Source of the DNA: a virus
Taxonomy: Duplodnaviria > Caudoviricetes
Direction: 5' to 3' (one strand)
DNA: 53,258 nucleotides
IMG/VR virus record: IMGVR_UViG_3300036046_000007
Span: 1 to 53,258 of that record
A model generated the notes under the pieces. It was not told where the DNA came from. It did not search any database and saw nothing but the letters and a program-made list of their open reading frames with translations. A program made the translations under genes and the position numbers. Positions 1-8,537 of this stretch are shown here, piece after piece. Within the stretch, counting starts at the first letter, position 1, and each line of letters opens with the position of its first letter.

Positions 1-1
1 C

Positions 2-1426
2 TACCTCGGACAGCTGTGGCAGTAAATCCAGTATGACAGATCGAGCCTGACCGCTGACTGTCGCGAGCCGAGGGTCGCCCTCGCCCAGGCGGACAATCCG
101 CTCCTCGGCGGGCGGATCGGACGTGCGCGGAGTGAGCACGACGATGTCTGCCGTGTGCGCGTGGGTATTGTCGTTGGCCGCGATCGTGGCGCGCGGGATC
201 AGCCCCGGCTCGGCGGCGGCGTGGCCATGCAGCCCGTCGCTGCCCTGTACGCGGGGAACGTGCACCAGGGTCGGCGAGGTCGAGATCAGACCGTGCGCGG
301 CGCTGGCCGGGGTGAGGCTCCAGCGCGCCACCAGCCCCGGCTCGGCGGCGATGTGCGCGTGGGTCGAGGAGCCGACCAGCAGGCCGGAGCGGGACGAGAG
401 GGCCGAGGCGGTGGCCGCGTGGCCGTGCGTGCCCGAGGCCGCGACGAGCGCGCTCCTGGCCGCCAGGGTGGGCGAGCTGGCCGCGTGGGCATGCGCCGCT
501 CCGGCGATGGTCAGGCTGCCCCCGATGCCCAGGGAGGCGGGACCGCCCTGGTGCGCGTGGAGACCGTCCGCCGCGACCAGGGCCGCGCGGGACGCCAGGG
601 TGGGCGAGGTAGCCGAGTGGCCGTGCAGGCCGTCCGCCGCCGCCAGAGCGGCGCGCCCCACGAGCGTCGGGGAGCCACCCTCGTGGCCGTGCAGCCCCGC
701 CGCGACCGTCAGGGCCGCGCGGGACGCCAGGACCGGGGAGGTCGAGGCGTGTCCGTGCACAGCGTCCGCCGCGACGAGCGCGGCGCGGGAGACCAGAGCC
801 GGGGACGTGGCCGTGTGCGCGTGGGTCGACGAGCCGACGAGCAGCGCCGCCCGGCTCGCGAGCGTCGGACTGTTGGCCGTGTGGACATGACTGCTCGCCG
901 CGATGACCAGGGCGTTGGAGAAGATGACCGAGGGGCTGGTAGCACTGTGCGCGTGGCTGCCCGCCGCGACGGTCAGTCCGGCGCGGGAGGTCAGGGTCGC
1001 GTTGTCAGCACTGTGCGCGTGGCTGCCCGCCGCCGCGACAATCGGACTGACGGTGGCCAGGGTCGGCGAGGTGGCGGTGTGAGCATGCGCGCCAGACGCC
1101 ACGACGAGCGCCGCGCGGGCGACGACCGCTGGAGAGGCGGCAGTATGCGCGGAGATGGCATCGCCGATGACCAGGGCCGCGCGCCCCACCACGGCGGGGC
1201 TGGTGGCCGAGTGGGCATGCGCGCCGCTCTGCAGGGCCAGAGAGGGGGCGGTCCCGAGAGTGACGTTGTCAGCCGCGTGTGAGTGAGCCGCGTTGTCCGG
1301 TGCGATAGCCAGGCTGGATGCCGCGAAAAGCTCCGCCTCCAGGAAGGGGCGGATCCTGTCATTGTTCCAGTGCCATGATCCCGCCTTCGGCGGGATCAGA
1401 CCGCCCGGAGTGCGGTACTGGGTCAT
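2..1426 (-). CDS. His-x-His tandem-repeat protein, probable virion fibre (3' end runs off the window)
   Basis: Hand-translated; absent from the ORF track because there is no stop in the window. ATG at 1426 (MTQYRTPGG...), open for 475 codons, about 18 repeats of about 22 aa such as LVVASGAHAHTATSPTLATVSP. Starts 2 nt from the upstream stop. Confidence 0.8.
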   Translation of the reverse strand, partial: MTQYRTPGGLIPPKAGSWHWNNDRIRPFLEAELFAASSLAIAPDNAAHSHAADNVTLGTAPSLALQSGAHAHSATSPAVVGRAALVIGDAISAHTAASPAVVARAALVVASGAHAHTATSPTLATVSPIVAAAGSHAHSADNATLTSRAGLTVAAGSHAHSATSPSVIFSNALVIAASSHVHTANSPTLASRAALLVGSSTHAHTATSPALVSRAALVAADAVHGHASTSPVLASRAALTVAAGLHGHEGGSPTLVGRAALAAADGLHGHSATSPTLASRAALVAADGLHAHQGGPASLGIGGSLTIAGAAHAHAASSPTLAARSALVAASGTHGHAATASALSSRSGLLVGSSTHAHIAAEPGLVARWSLTPASAAHGLISTSPTLVHVPRVQGSDGLHGHAAAEPGLIPRATIAANDNTHAHTADIVVLTPRTSDPPAEERIVRLGEGDPRLATVSGQARSVILDLLPQLSEV

Positions 1427-1427
1427 G

Positions 1428-2264
1428 TCACTTCACCGCCTGGTGAACGGCCCCCAGAAGCGCGCGGGTAGACGTGGTGATGCACAGCTGCGAGAATGTA
1501 AGGCAGGCATTGTCAGGGATCTTGGCCGCTCGCGTTCCGTCCCACCCTTTCTCCTCTACCCGGTTGGCAATGAGGGGGACGATCAGAGACCTCCGGCGAA
1601 CGGCTGTTACCCCGAAGTTTCCGGCGGTGCCCGTCGACACCGACAGAGTAACGCTGTCCACGGAGCGAATGAACTTTCCGTTGGTCGGCACAATCTTGTA
1701 GCGCCTGCCCGCCGCCACCGAGGCGGGCAGGGCCGTGGCCCCGTTCACCCAGACGTTGCAAGTGCCAGTCGTGCCGTCATGATAGGTGACATTTACGGTG
1801 GGAGTGGCGATCGTCGCCCCGGTGGCGGTATACCAGTCCAGAAACCACTCTACCTCGGAGTAGTCACTCGCACCGATCCGCTCGGTGAGGTTGCTCACTC
1901 CCAGATTGGCGAACAGGCTGCAGTTGACAGTCTGGGCGGTCGTCAGGGTGCCGCTCAGACCACCCATGTGCATCAGGCGGTCCTCGACGAAGTGGCACAG
2001 TCCGGCGGTATCCGCCGTCAGCTCCAGAGCGGATATGATGCGCTCCTGGCCCCCGGACCGAGAGACCAGGGGCAGCGCTCCGACCGTGGCATCGCTGCAT
2101 ACAGCGGCGGCGGCGGGCGTGGTGCCAGCCGCCGGAAAGCCTGCAGAGGCCCAGAGGTGGGCCTCGCTGCCCGCCACCTGGGTAGCGATGCTGGCCTTGT
2201 TGATTGGCATGCGGCGACCCGCGATATATCCTACGCCGAAGTCACCGAGAGAGGCGAAGGCCAT
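1428..2264 (-). CDS. putative virion structural protein (fibre/baseplate-associated)
   Basis: 278 aa, Ala/Gly/Thr-rich, tightly packed in the operon with neighbouring structural-type genes. Confidence 0.6.
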   Translation of the reverse strand: MAFASLGDFGVGYIAGRRMPINKASIATQVAGSEAHLWASAGFPAAGTTPAAAAVCSDATVGALPLVSRSGGQERIISALELTADTAGLCHFVEDRLMHMGGLSGTLTTAQTVNCSLFANLGVSNLTERIGASDYSEVEWFLDWYTATGATIATPTVNVTYHDGTTGTCNVWVNGATALPASVAAGRRYKIVPTNGKFIRSVDSVTLSVSTGTAGNFGVTAVRRRSLIVPLIANRVEEKGWDGTRAAKIPDNACLTFSQLCITTSTRALLGAVHQAVK

Positions 2265-2276
2265 TGGCGGCTCCTA

Positions 2277-2651
2277 TCAGGTCGGGTCGGCGATCTCGAC
2301 CTTCCAGGTGCCGAAGTCCACGGTGCCACCGGTCGACACACCCTGGGCGGTGCAGGTGGTCACGTAGAGGAGCTTCGAGTTGGTAACGTCGAGAAGAGCG
2401 ACATGGTTGGCGGTGCCGCTCGTGGTCACACTCACGCCGGTCTTCGAGGCGACAGTGAGCTTGCGTCCCGATGTATCTCCATTGGCGGCGGTAAAGTCGC
2501 CCGAGGCCATTGTTACGTTCGCAAGCGCGAAGGTCGCGTTGGCCTCGGTGAAGGTCGTCGGCTGAGCCGAGCATGCGACCATGCGGGTGCAGTTGTTCTT
2601 GATGATGTTGAGCGCGCCGTCGAGCACGTCGTCGTGGACAGACTTGGCCAT
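2277..2651 (-). CDS. small virion structural protein
   Basis: 124 aa, MAKSVHDDVLDGALN...EIADPT; Thr/Ala/Gly-rich beta-type sequence typical of phage virion proteins; TAATG coupling to the upstream gene. Confidence 0.7.
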   Translation of the reverse strand: MAKSVHDDVLDGALNIIKNNCTRMVACSAQPTTFTEANATFALANVTMASGDFTAANGDTSGRKLTVASKTGVSVTTSGTANHVALLDVTNSKLLYVTTCTAQGVSTGGTVDFGTWKVEIADPT

Positions 2652-2899
2652 TAGGCGTCACCTCCCAGCACCAGCTGGCCCTTGCGGGGGCCAGATCCGT
2701 GGATGGTCTCCGGGTCGATGTCGACCTCGCCGAGAGTGAAGACCTTGACCGGCTCCTTGTCAGAGACAGTCGCCCAGCCCATGGCGGTGAAATAGGGGGC
2801 CGCGTCGAGATCCTCGAAGCCGTAGGCCACCCCCGGCATGAACTGATGGATGCCGTGCTTTACGACCTCAGAGAAGATGATGGTTGATGGCTCGCTCAT
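2651..2899 (-). CDS. hypothetical protein
   Basis: 82 aa, GGAGG RBS, first gene after the promoter at 2919-2947. Confidence 0.75.
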   Translation of the reverse strand: MSEPSTIIFSEVVKHGIHQFMPGVAYGFEDLDAAPYFTAMGWATVSDKEPVKVFTLGEVDIDPETIHGSGPRKGQLVLGGDA

Positions 2900-2918
2900 G
2901 AAGACCTCCGCTCAGGCC

Positions 2919-2947
2919 CTCATAGTCCTTCTCACCTCGTTGGGCAA
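2919..2947 (-). promoter_or_regulatory. sigma70-type promoter TTGCCC-N17-TATGAG
   Basis: Intergenic; the same consensus recurs at several operon starts. Confidence 0.65.
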
Positions 2948-2954
2948 GCCCAAT

Positions 2955-3275
2955 TCAGGCGGCGCTGGAACATCCCGCGCAGCCCCGCGCCGGGGGCACC
3001 CGCGCCTCCGCCTGGTGGCGCAGTGCCACGTCCTCGGGGAAACTCTCGTCGAACTCGACGGTCCAGCCCAGAGGGGCGCGCCAGCCGGTTGCCCAGCGGG
3101 GCGTGGCCACCACGATCGGCAGCCGTCCGTCGCCCATCTCGACGATGACGCGGCGCAGCTGCAGCGGCCCGGTCTCCTGGGTCAGGTAGCCCACGTCGCT
3201 CCGGGTCTCCCAGTTGAGACGCTCGGCGACAAGCATCGCCTGGGCCTCGCTGGCGAACACCAGCCGCCCCGTCAC
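2955..3275 (-). CDS. hypothetical protein
   Basis: GTG start overlapping the upstream stop (GTGA), 106 aa. Confidence 0.6.
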   Translation of the reverse strand: MTGRLVFASEAQAMLVAERLNWETRSDVGYLTQETGPLQLRRVIVEMGDGRLPIVVATPRWATGWRAPLGWTVEFDESFPEDVALRHQAEARVPPARGCAGCSSAA

Positions 3276-3598
3276 AGGATGTCTCCGTGCTTGGTATCGA
3301 AGACGGTGTCCTCGATCTTGGCGCGGCTGACCGTGAGCCCTAGGTCGCGCAGCTCGGTGACCTTGTCGATTAGCATGGTCATGGCCTGGGCCTGGGTCGG
3401 CGCGCGGCTCGTAAGGAACCACTTGCCCTGTATCCCGTCCACGTCGTCCTCGCTGAACGCGCTGAAGAGCCACTGGTTGGCCCGCTCGGGCGTGTCCCCG
3501 GCCACCAGCTCTCGAAACTCGCCGGTCGACATGACCGCAGGCTCCACCGTGATATGCATCTCGCAGTAGAGACGCTCTACGATGCCCAGGCGGCTCAC
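3272..3598 (-). CDS. hypothetical protein
   Basis: GTGA-coupled, 108 aa, GC3-rich codons. Confidence 0.7.
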   Translation of the reverse strand: MSRLGIVERLYCEMHITVEPAVMSTGEFRELVAGDTPERANQWLFSAFSEDDVDGIQGKWFLTSRAPTQAQAMTMLIDKVTELRDLGLTVSRAKIEDTVFDTKHGDIL

Positions 3599-3732
3599 GC
3601 CAGCAGGTCCCACAGGGTGACCAGCGGGGCCACGAGGCCGTAGAGGCTGCCCGCGCCCGCGATCACCATGAGCGCCCGCTCGCCCCAGGTCAGGGGCGGC
3701 GCGGGCATCCGGTCCTCGAAGTCGATCATCAT
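3595..3732 (-). CDS. small membrane protein
   Basis: Hand-translated, 45 aa (MMIDFEDRMPAPPLTWGERALMVIAGAGSLYGLVAPLVTLWDLLA); fills the gap and is coupled to the downstream gene. Confidence 0.6.
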   Translation of the reverse strand: MMIDFEDRMPAPPLTWGERALMVIAGAGSLYGLVAPLVTLWDLLA

Positions 3733-3733
3733 G

Positions 3734-4192
3734 TCACTCACCCACCCCGTCTGCCACCTTCTCGGCCTGCTTGGCGCGCATTCGCTCCCGCATGCCCGGT
3801 CCGGAGATGCGGGCCAGCTCGGTCTCGCCCTCGGCGCGCATGTCGAGGCCGACCGCCGCGCAGAGCGCGGCCAGGCTCACCATGGTGCCGCCCACCTCCT
3901 GGTGGGGCTGCCCAGCCGCGCGCTGAAGCACCCGGCTCACGTTGCGCATTATGTCCAGGTCCGGCAGTCCGACCGCCTGGGCCAGCTCGATGGCCTCCTC
4001 GACGAAGCGCCGCGCCCGCTCCGGGACGTTGACGCCGTGCTCGGGGAAGAAGTCGTGGACCCAGGCGTGGACCCGCTCCTGGAAACTCTCGTCCGGGCCG
4101 GAGTATCCCGCCGCTATGAGGACGCGCTTGACGGTCTCCCGATCGGTGCCAGCGACCTCGGCCACGTGGGTGTAGAGATCAGCGGTTGCCAC
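3734..4192 (-). CDS. MazG-like all-alpha NTP pyrophosphohydrolase
   Basis: ERARRFVEEAIELAQ...QEVGG acidic helical motifs resembling the MazG EExxE...E pattern. Confidence 0.6.
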   Translation of the reverse strand: MATADLYTHVAEVAGTDRETVKRVLIAAGYSGPDESFQERVHAWVHDFFPEHGVNVPERARRFVEEAIELAQAVGLPDLDIMRNVSRVLQRAAGQPHQEVGGTMVSLAALCAAVGLDMRAEGETELARISGPGMRERMRAKQAEKVADGVGE

Positions 4193-4490
4193 GGCGATAC
4201 TCCGGGTTGTCGCTCTTGGAGGGCCTGCGGCGATGAGACTTGACCATCGGCGGCGGGGGCAGCAGTCGAGCCACGCGGCGGCGCGCCTCGTGCAGCGCCT
4301 CGACCGCGTTGTAGGCCCCGGTCGCGGCCAGCAGCGCCTGCTGGGTGGCGATGGCCCCGTCGACCCGCGCGTTGGGGACAGGGATGAAACCGGGGCGGCG
4401 GTCCAGCTGCCGGATCCGGCGCTCGGCCAGCCGGGCGCGGCGCTCCTCCTGGGTCTCCGGGCGGCTCAGTCTCTTGCATGGGGTCTTCAT
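4179..4490 (-). CDS. hypothetical protein
   Basis: 103 aa with GAGGAG RBS. Confidence 0.65.
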   Translation of the reverse strand: MKTPCKRLSRPETQEERRARLAERRIRQLDRRPGFIPVPNARVDGAIATQQALLAATGAYNAVEALHEARRRVARLLPPPPMVKSHRRRPSKSDNPEYRRGNR

Positions 4491-4543
4491 TGGTGCTCCT
4501 CGCTTTCTTGGGTAAGTGTGCCTCGGGGTGCCGGAAAGAGCAA

Positions 4544-4861
4544 TCAGCTAGTGCCCAGCCGCCTGAAGCGCGGCCTGCGGACACCGTCCGCCCACTCCAC
4601 CTCCTCCCCGAACTCGCGCTCTGAGCGCGCCCATAGCTCGCGCTCGTGAGGGTAGCAGTGCTCATAGATCACGACCGGCTCCAGGTTGGCCCGGTAGGCG
4701 AGGGCCTCACCGGTCATCGCGTCTCGGCAGGGGCCGAGGAGCCGGTAGAGGCCCCCCTTGTAGTGCTGGTGGGTGGCCTCCCCGGCCATGAGCCGAAGCT
4801 CGCGGTCGGGGAGGCCCAGGAGGGCCGTGTGGTCTGGGCGGTTGTTGTGGTCCATTGTCAT
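4544..4861 (-). CDS. DUF1653-like protein
   Basis: HYKGGLYRLL...VVIY...LWARSEREF...RFR signature. Confidence 0.75.
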   Translation of the reverse strand: MTMDHNNRPDHTALLGLPDRELRLMAGEATHQHYKGGLYRLLGPCRDAMTGEALAYRANLEPVVIYEHCYPHERELWARSEREFGEEVEWADGVRRPRFRRLGTS

Positions 4862-4878
4862 CTCCTGGCAGGGTGGGT

Positions 4879-4910
4879 GCCCCCACCACCGACGGGACGG
4901 TGGTGGGGGC
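4879..4910. repeat. perfect 13-bp inverted repeat (RNA hairpin, no U tract)
   Basis: GCCCCCACCACCG-acggga-CGGTGGTGGGGGC, intergenic downstream of the AAA ATPase. Confidence 0.7.
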
Positions 4911-4953
4911 TGGGCCGCGCGACACGCCGGAGCACACCGCGCATCCTGCGGCC

Positions 4954-6603
4954 CTAGCTCACCTCGTCGAGGATCTTCTTGGTGCGCTCGTCGACCTCCT
5001 CGAGGGTATCGGCCATGGCCGCGACCTTCTTGGCCGAGGAGCCAGCCGCGCGGGTCATGCCGCCGACCGCGTCGGTCAGCTGATGAGCCGTGCAGTGCGC
5101 CTCGTGGACCGACTTGGTCAGGTCGCCGAGGAGCGGGTCGCCCTCGTCGTCCTGGAGGCCCAGCCGCTTGGCGATCAGATCACCGAACGCCTGGCCCACG
5201 CGCTCCTCGACGGTCGGCTCGGGGGTCTTGCCCGCGAGCAGGCTGAGGTGCCGCTCCATGCCACGCGCCGAGATCAGCAGATCCTCGGCGGCGACCTGGT
5301 CGCGACCGTTGGCCACCATGGCCAGCTTGGACCGCTCGACGACCTCGCGCACCGTGGCCGGGATGTTGCCCGCCAACGCCGCGCCGACCTCGCTCAGGTC
5401 CTCGCCCTGGGCCACCAGGCCCCGGCCATAGAGCCGGATGAGCCGCTCGACCGCCTCGGCCTCGGGAGGCCGGATGGAGATCACCGCGTCGAGGCGACCG
5501 GGGCGCAGCATGGCGCTGTCGAGCCGCTCGACGAAGTTGGTGGTCAGCACCGTGATGACCTGGCTGTTCTTGGACAGCACCCCGTCGATCGTGTTCAGCA
5601 GGTCATTGCCGCGCTGATCGCGATCCTCGGCCACCCGCTCGGCGTCCTCGGCGAAGACGACCGCCGGAGCGTAGCGCTGTGCGAACAGCAGCGCCTCCTT
5701 CAGCGCCCGCACGTCGTCGAGCAGGATGTAGGTCCAGCCGTTGTCGACGCAGACCTTGGACGTGACGTTGGCCGTCATCGTCTTGCCGGTGCCGTAGGTG
5801 CCCTCCAGCAGGACGCCGCGCTTCAGCGGGATCTTGTGCCGGATGCAGGCCTCGGTGTTCTGGACGGGTGCCCAGAGCGCGGCGCGCACCTGCTCCAGCT
5901 CGTCCGGGTTGAGGACCAGCTCGTCGGGGTTGATGTAGGCGGTCGACAGGAAGGTCGGGGCCTCGCTCTGCACCAGGTCGCCGTCGTCGTCGACCTTGAG
6001 GCGGATCGCCTTGCCCTTGTAGATGGAGCCCTCGCCGAGGATCTGGCGAGCCAGGTTGGCGAGCTCCTTGACCACCGGCGCTTCACGCTTGCGCACCGAG
6101 CCGGTGATGATGAGGACCATGCGATCGCCCATGCGGTGGCGGTGCGTCTGGATCGGGTTCTCGACGCCGGGCAGGGTGAACTGGCCGAACGGCACCTGCA
6201 CCTCGTCGCCGATGTTCGGGCCGGTCTTGACCGTGATCAGGTCCGGCGCGATCGGGCCGAAGAAGGTCATCTTGGGGGTCGGCGACGCCCAGCCATACTT
6301 CTGGCGCATGGCCTCGTTGAAGGCGACCAGCGCGTCCTCGGGGAAGGCGTCGATCAGCTCGTGCACGTCAAGCTCGGTCTCCTCGTCCTGGGCCTTGCGC
6401 TCCAGGGCTTCGATCGCGGTGCGCAGCGGCATCGGCGAGGGATCGGCGGGCAGCGTGATCTTGGTGCCGGTGTGGTCGATGTCCACATCGCGCTTGGCCC
6501 ACGCCTGGGCCGGGTCGAACTGTGCCATGAATTCGCCGATCATGGCCGCGCCGATGTTGTCGGGCACGGCGGCGCTGGCACGCAGCTTGGTCTTGGTACT
6601 CAT
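4954..6603 (-). CDS. AAA+ ATPase (FtsH/CDC48-like module)
   Basis: RGVLLEGTYGTGKT Walker A, VVFAEDAE Walker B, TTN sensor, LDSAMLRPGRLD second region of homology. Confidence 0.9.
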   Translation of the reverse strand: MSTKTKLRASAAVPDNIGAAMIGEFMAQFDPAQAWAKRDVDIDHTGTKITLPADPSPMPLRTAIEALERKAQDEETELDVHELIDAFPEDALVAFNEAMRQKYGWASPTPKMTFFGPIAPDLITVKTGPNIGDEVQVPFGQFTLPGVENPIQTHRHRMGDRMVLIITGSVRKREAPVVKELANLARQILGEGSIYKGKAIRLKVDDDGDLVQSEAPTFLSTAYINPDELVLNPDELEQVRAALWAPVQNTEACIRHKIPLKRGVLLEGTYGTGKTMTANVTSKVCVDNGWTYILLDDVRALKEALLFAQRYAPAVVFAEDAERVAEDRDQRGNDLLNTIDGVLSKNSQVITVLTTNFVERLDSAMLRPGRLDAVISIRPPEAEAVERLIRLYGRGLVAQGEDLSEVGAALAGNIPATVREVVERSKLAMVANGRDQVAAEDLLISARGMERHLSLLAGKTPEPTVEERVGQAFGDLIAKRLGLQDDEGDPLLGDLTKSVHEAHCTAHQLTDAVGGMTRAAGSSAKKVAAMADTLEEVDERTKKILDEVS

Positions 6604-6715
6604 CGTGGGTGTGCTCCCGTTATGGGCAGAGGAAGAGTGGGCCAGTCTCCCCCGGTTGGTTATCCCTCCTGGCCGAGGGCACTTGCCTTCTGCGCTAATC
6701 CAGCGCAGGGCGAAA

Positions 6716-6931
6716 TCACTTCTTGGTGGTCAGCTCCCTTTCCAGGACTTCCCGAGAGACGGACATGAAGAAGCCCCTCTCACGAGCAACCTCCAAGTGG
6801 AGCGGAGCAATGCGAGCGCGCAGCCCCTTGAGCTCCTCTTCGAGCGCGCGTTCACGTGCCCAGAGGGTGCGGAGCTTCGCCTCCTTCTGGGCGCTGTCCT
6901 CGCTCACGATGGGGACAATCTCTGCGGACAT
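6716..6931 (-). CDS. hypothetical protein
   Basis: 71 aa, coiled-coil character, AGGAG RBS. Confidence 0.7.
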   Translation of the reverse strand: MSAEIVPIVSEDSAQKEAKLRTLWARERALEEELKGLRARIAPLHLEVARERGFFMSVSREVLERELTTKK

Positions 6932-6986
6932 GGGTGTGCTCCTGCAAGAGGGTGGCCCCGGCGCGTGGACACCGGGGCCGGGGCGG

Positions 6987-7391
6987 TCAGTTGAGGGGCA
7001 CCTCGACGACGCCGCTGTCGCCGTCGCCAGCGACCATCTTGCCGCCGAGCGCCTTGGCGATCATCTCGCCGATGTTCAGGCCACCCGGCCCGCCCATCTG
7101 CATCGGCTCGTCTTCGGCCTCGGAGAGGAAGGCGACGCCGTGCTCTTCCAGGTGTTCCGCGCAGAGCGAGTGGTTGGTCTCGGGATCCAGGCCCATGGCC
7201 TGTTCCAGGTCGTTCCAGGCCGCGCGGTGGCGCTCCTTGTAGGAGGCGTTCAGCTCGTCGAGCTGGCGCTTGGCCTCCTCCTTGATCTTGTCGGCCGATG
7301 CCTCGAATTCCTGCGGCAGGGTGTGGATGGCCAGCGCTGCCGCTGCCGCCGCCGGATGGGACGCGGTCGTGATCATGATGGACTTCTTCAT
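6987..7391 (-). CDS. hypothetical protein
   Basis: 134 aa, GAGGAG RBS. Confidence 0.75.
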   Translation of the reverse strand: MKKSIMITTASHPAAAAAALAIHTLPQEFEASADKIKEEAKRQLDELNASYKERHRAAWNDLEQAMGLDPETNHSLCAEHLEEHGVAFLSEAEDEPMQMGGPGGLNIGEMIAKALGGKMVAGDGDSGVVEVPLN

Positions 7392-7402
7392 AGGTGTGCT
7401 CC

Positions 7403-7570
7403 TCAGTCGGTCGGGGTGAGCGTAAGCTGAAGCCGCTTGGGGGCGCGCTCACCCCTGAGCGCCGCCTTGCGGATATAAATGGTGGTGACGCCCTCGTCGC
7501 CGCTGACGCACTTGTAGCGGTGAGAGCCAGGGGTATCCTTCTCGTGTTCGAAGGTGGCGATGATCTGCAT
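7403..7570 (-). CDS. hypothetical protein (below the ORF-track cut-off)
   Basis: Hand-translated, 55 aa (MQIIATFEHEKDTPGSHRYKCVSGDEGVTTIYIRKAALRGERAPKRLQLTLTPTD), AGGAG RBS. Confidence 0.7.
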   Translation of the reverse strand: MQIIATFEHEKDTPGSHRYKCVSGDEGVTTIYIRKAALRGERAPKRLQLTLTPTD

Positions 7571-7580
7571 GTCAGTGCTC

Positions 7581-8146
7581 CTACAGGTCCAGGGAGATGA
7601 AAACCTCTTCGCCGGGCTTGGTCTGCTCGACGCGCGCCCGGATGCCCTGGGCGTTCAGGTCGGTGATGGCGACGTTCAAGGCGCGTCGGAGCGCAGCCAG
7701 GCGGTGGGTGACTGCGTTGCCCTGTGGTCGGGCTGCGGTGCAGGTGCGGGCTTGGGTGCGCGCTTCAGCTTCGGCTTGTCGCCACGCACCACGATCTCCA
7801 GCACCCCGTCGTCGGTCCAACGGAGGAGCTCGCCCTTGTGGGCCTTCTTGCGGATGGAGGGGAGACCAGGGATCTCGTTGTCGCGGAGCGACCAGGACCA
7901 GGTCAGGTATTCACGGTCGCCGCCGCTGCCGCCCGGCAGCTTGTGGATCGCGGGCACGTTGCCGTTGGCGCGCTTGCGGAAGCTCAGGAGCCACCGGCCA
8001 TCGCTCAGGGCCTCGGCTTCCCACCAGATGCGCGGCTGGCCTTCGCCCCAATAGCTGCGCGCCAGGCGCTCGTCGCCCTCGCTGAGGGTGAGCCGCAGAA
8101 CGCGCTTGTCTGCCCCCTGGGTGCCTGCTCCTACGGTGATGCTCAC
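7581..8146 (-). CDS. hypothetical protein apparently split by a 1-nt frameshift near 7725
   Basis: Frame 8146-7676 degrades after PKPAPAPQPD; the -1 frame continues protein-like (GNAVTHRLAALRRALNVAITDLNAQG...SLDL) to a TAG abutting the next RBS. Confidence 0.55.
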
Positions 8147-8175
8147 GTTATCTCCCTTTCTTGCCTTTCCTTACT

Positions 8176-8418
8176 TCAGGCGTGCCTCGAAGGCAAGTCA
8201 GTTTTGCCCAGGGCCTCTCGAAGCAGTCGCCGGATGCCCGCCCGGCTGTTCAAGAGAGACCTATGGTCGCTCGCACTGCCAGGAAAGGTGTATTTCCAGC
8301 AGCGCCCGCCGCATTTGAAGCGGGCCTGGGGATGATTGCCGCGTTGGACGAGCTCGGGCTCCAAGCCCGCCGCCTCGATCTCGGCAATCACCACTTTGGC
8401 TATGCTCATACGCGCCAT
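8176..8418 (-). CDS. small early protein, possibly HicA-like fold
   Basis: 80 aa, AGGGAG RBS, GNHP...TFPGSASDHRSLLN motif; first gene after the promoter at 8443-8471. Confidence 0.55.
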   Translation of the reverse strand: MARMSIAKVVIAEIEAAGLEPELVQRGNHPQARFKCGGRCWKYTFPGSASDHRSLLNSRAGIRRLLREALGKTDLPSRHA

Positions 8419-8442
8419 AGCGATCTCCCTAGCTACCTGATC

Positions 8443-8471
8443 ACCATACTCCATTGCTGCGCAAAAGGCAA
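8443..8471 (-). promoter_or_regulatory. sigma70-type promoter TTGCCT-N17-TATGGT
   Basis: Shares extended flanks CAGAAAnGTCTTGCCTTTTG...GAGTATG with the promoter at 23667-23695. Confidence 0.75.
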
Positions 8472-8537
8472 GACCTTTCTGCTGACCTTAACTGATCAGT
8501 TTCTCAAGACTCACATGTGCGCGACGAAAAATAATTT

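Noticed and set aside
123-1282. Plus-strand ORFs and repetitive DNA resembling a repeat array or CRISPR
   Set aside because: They are antisense shadows of the His-repeat gene; the repeats are degenerate 66-nt coding units with no repeat-spacer structure and no cas genes.
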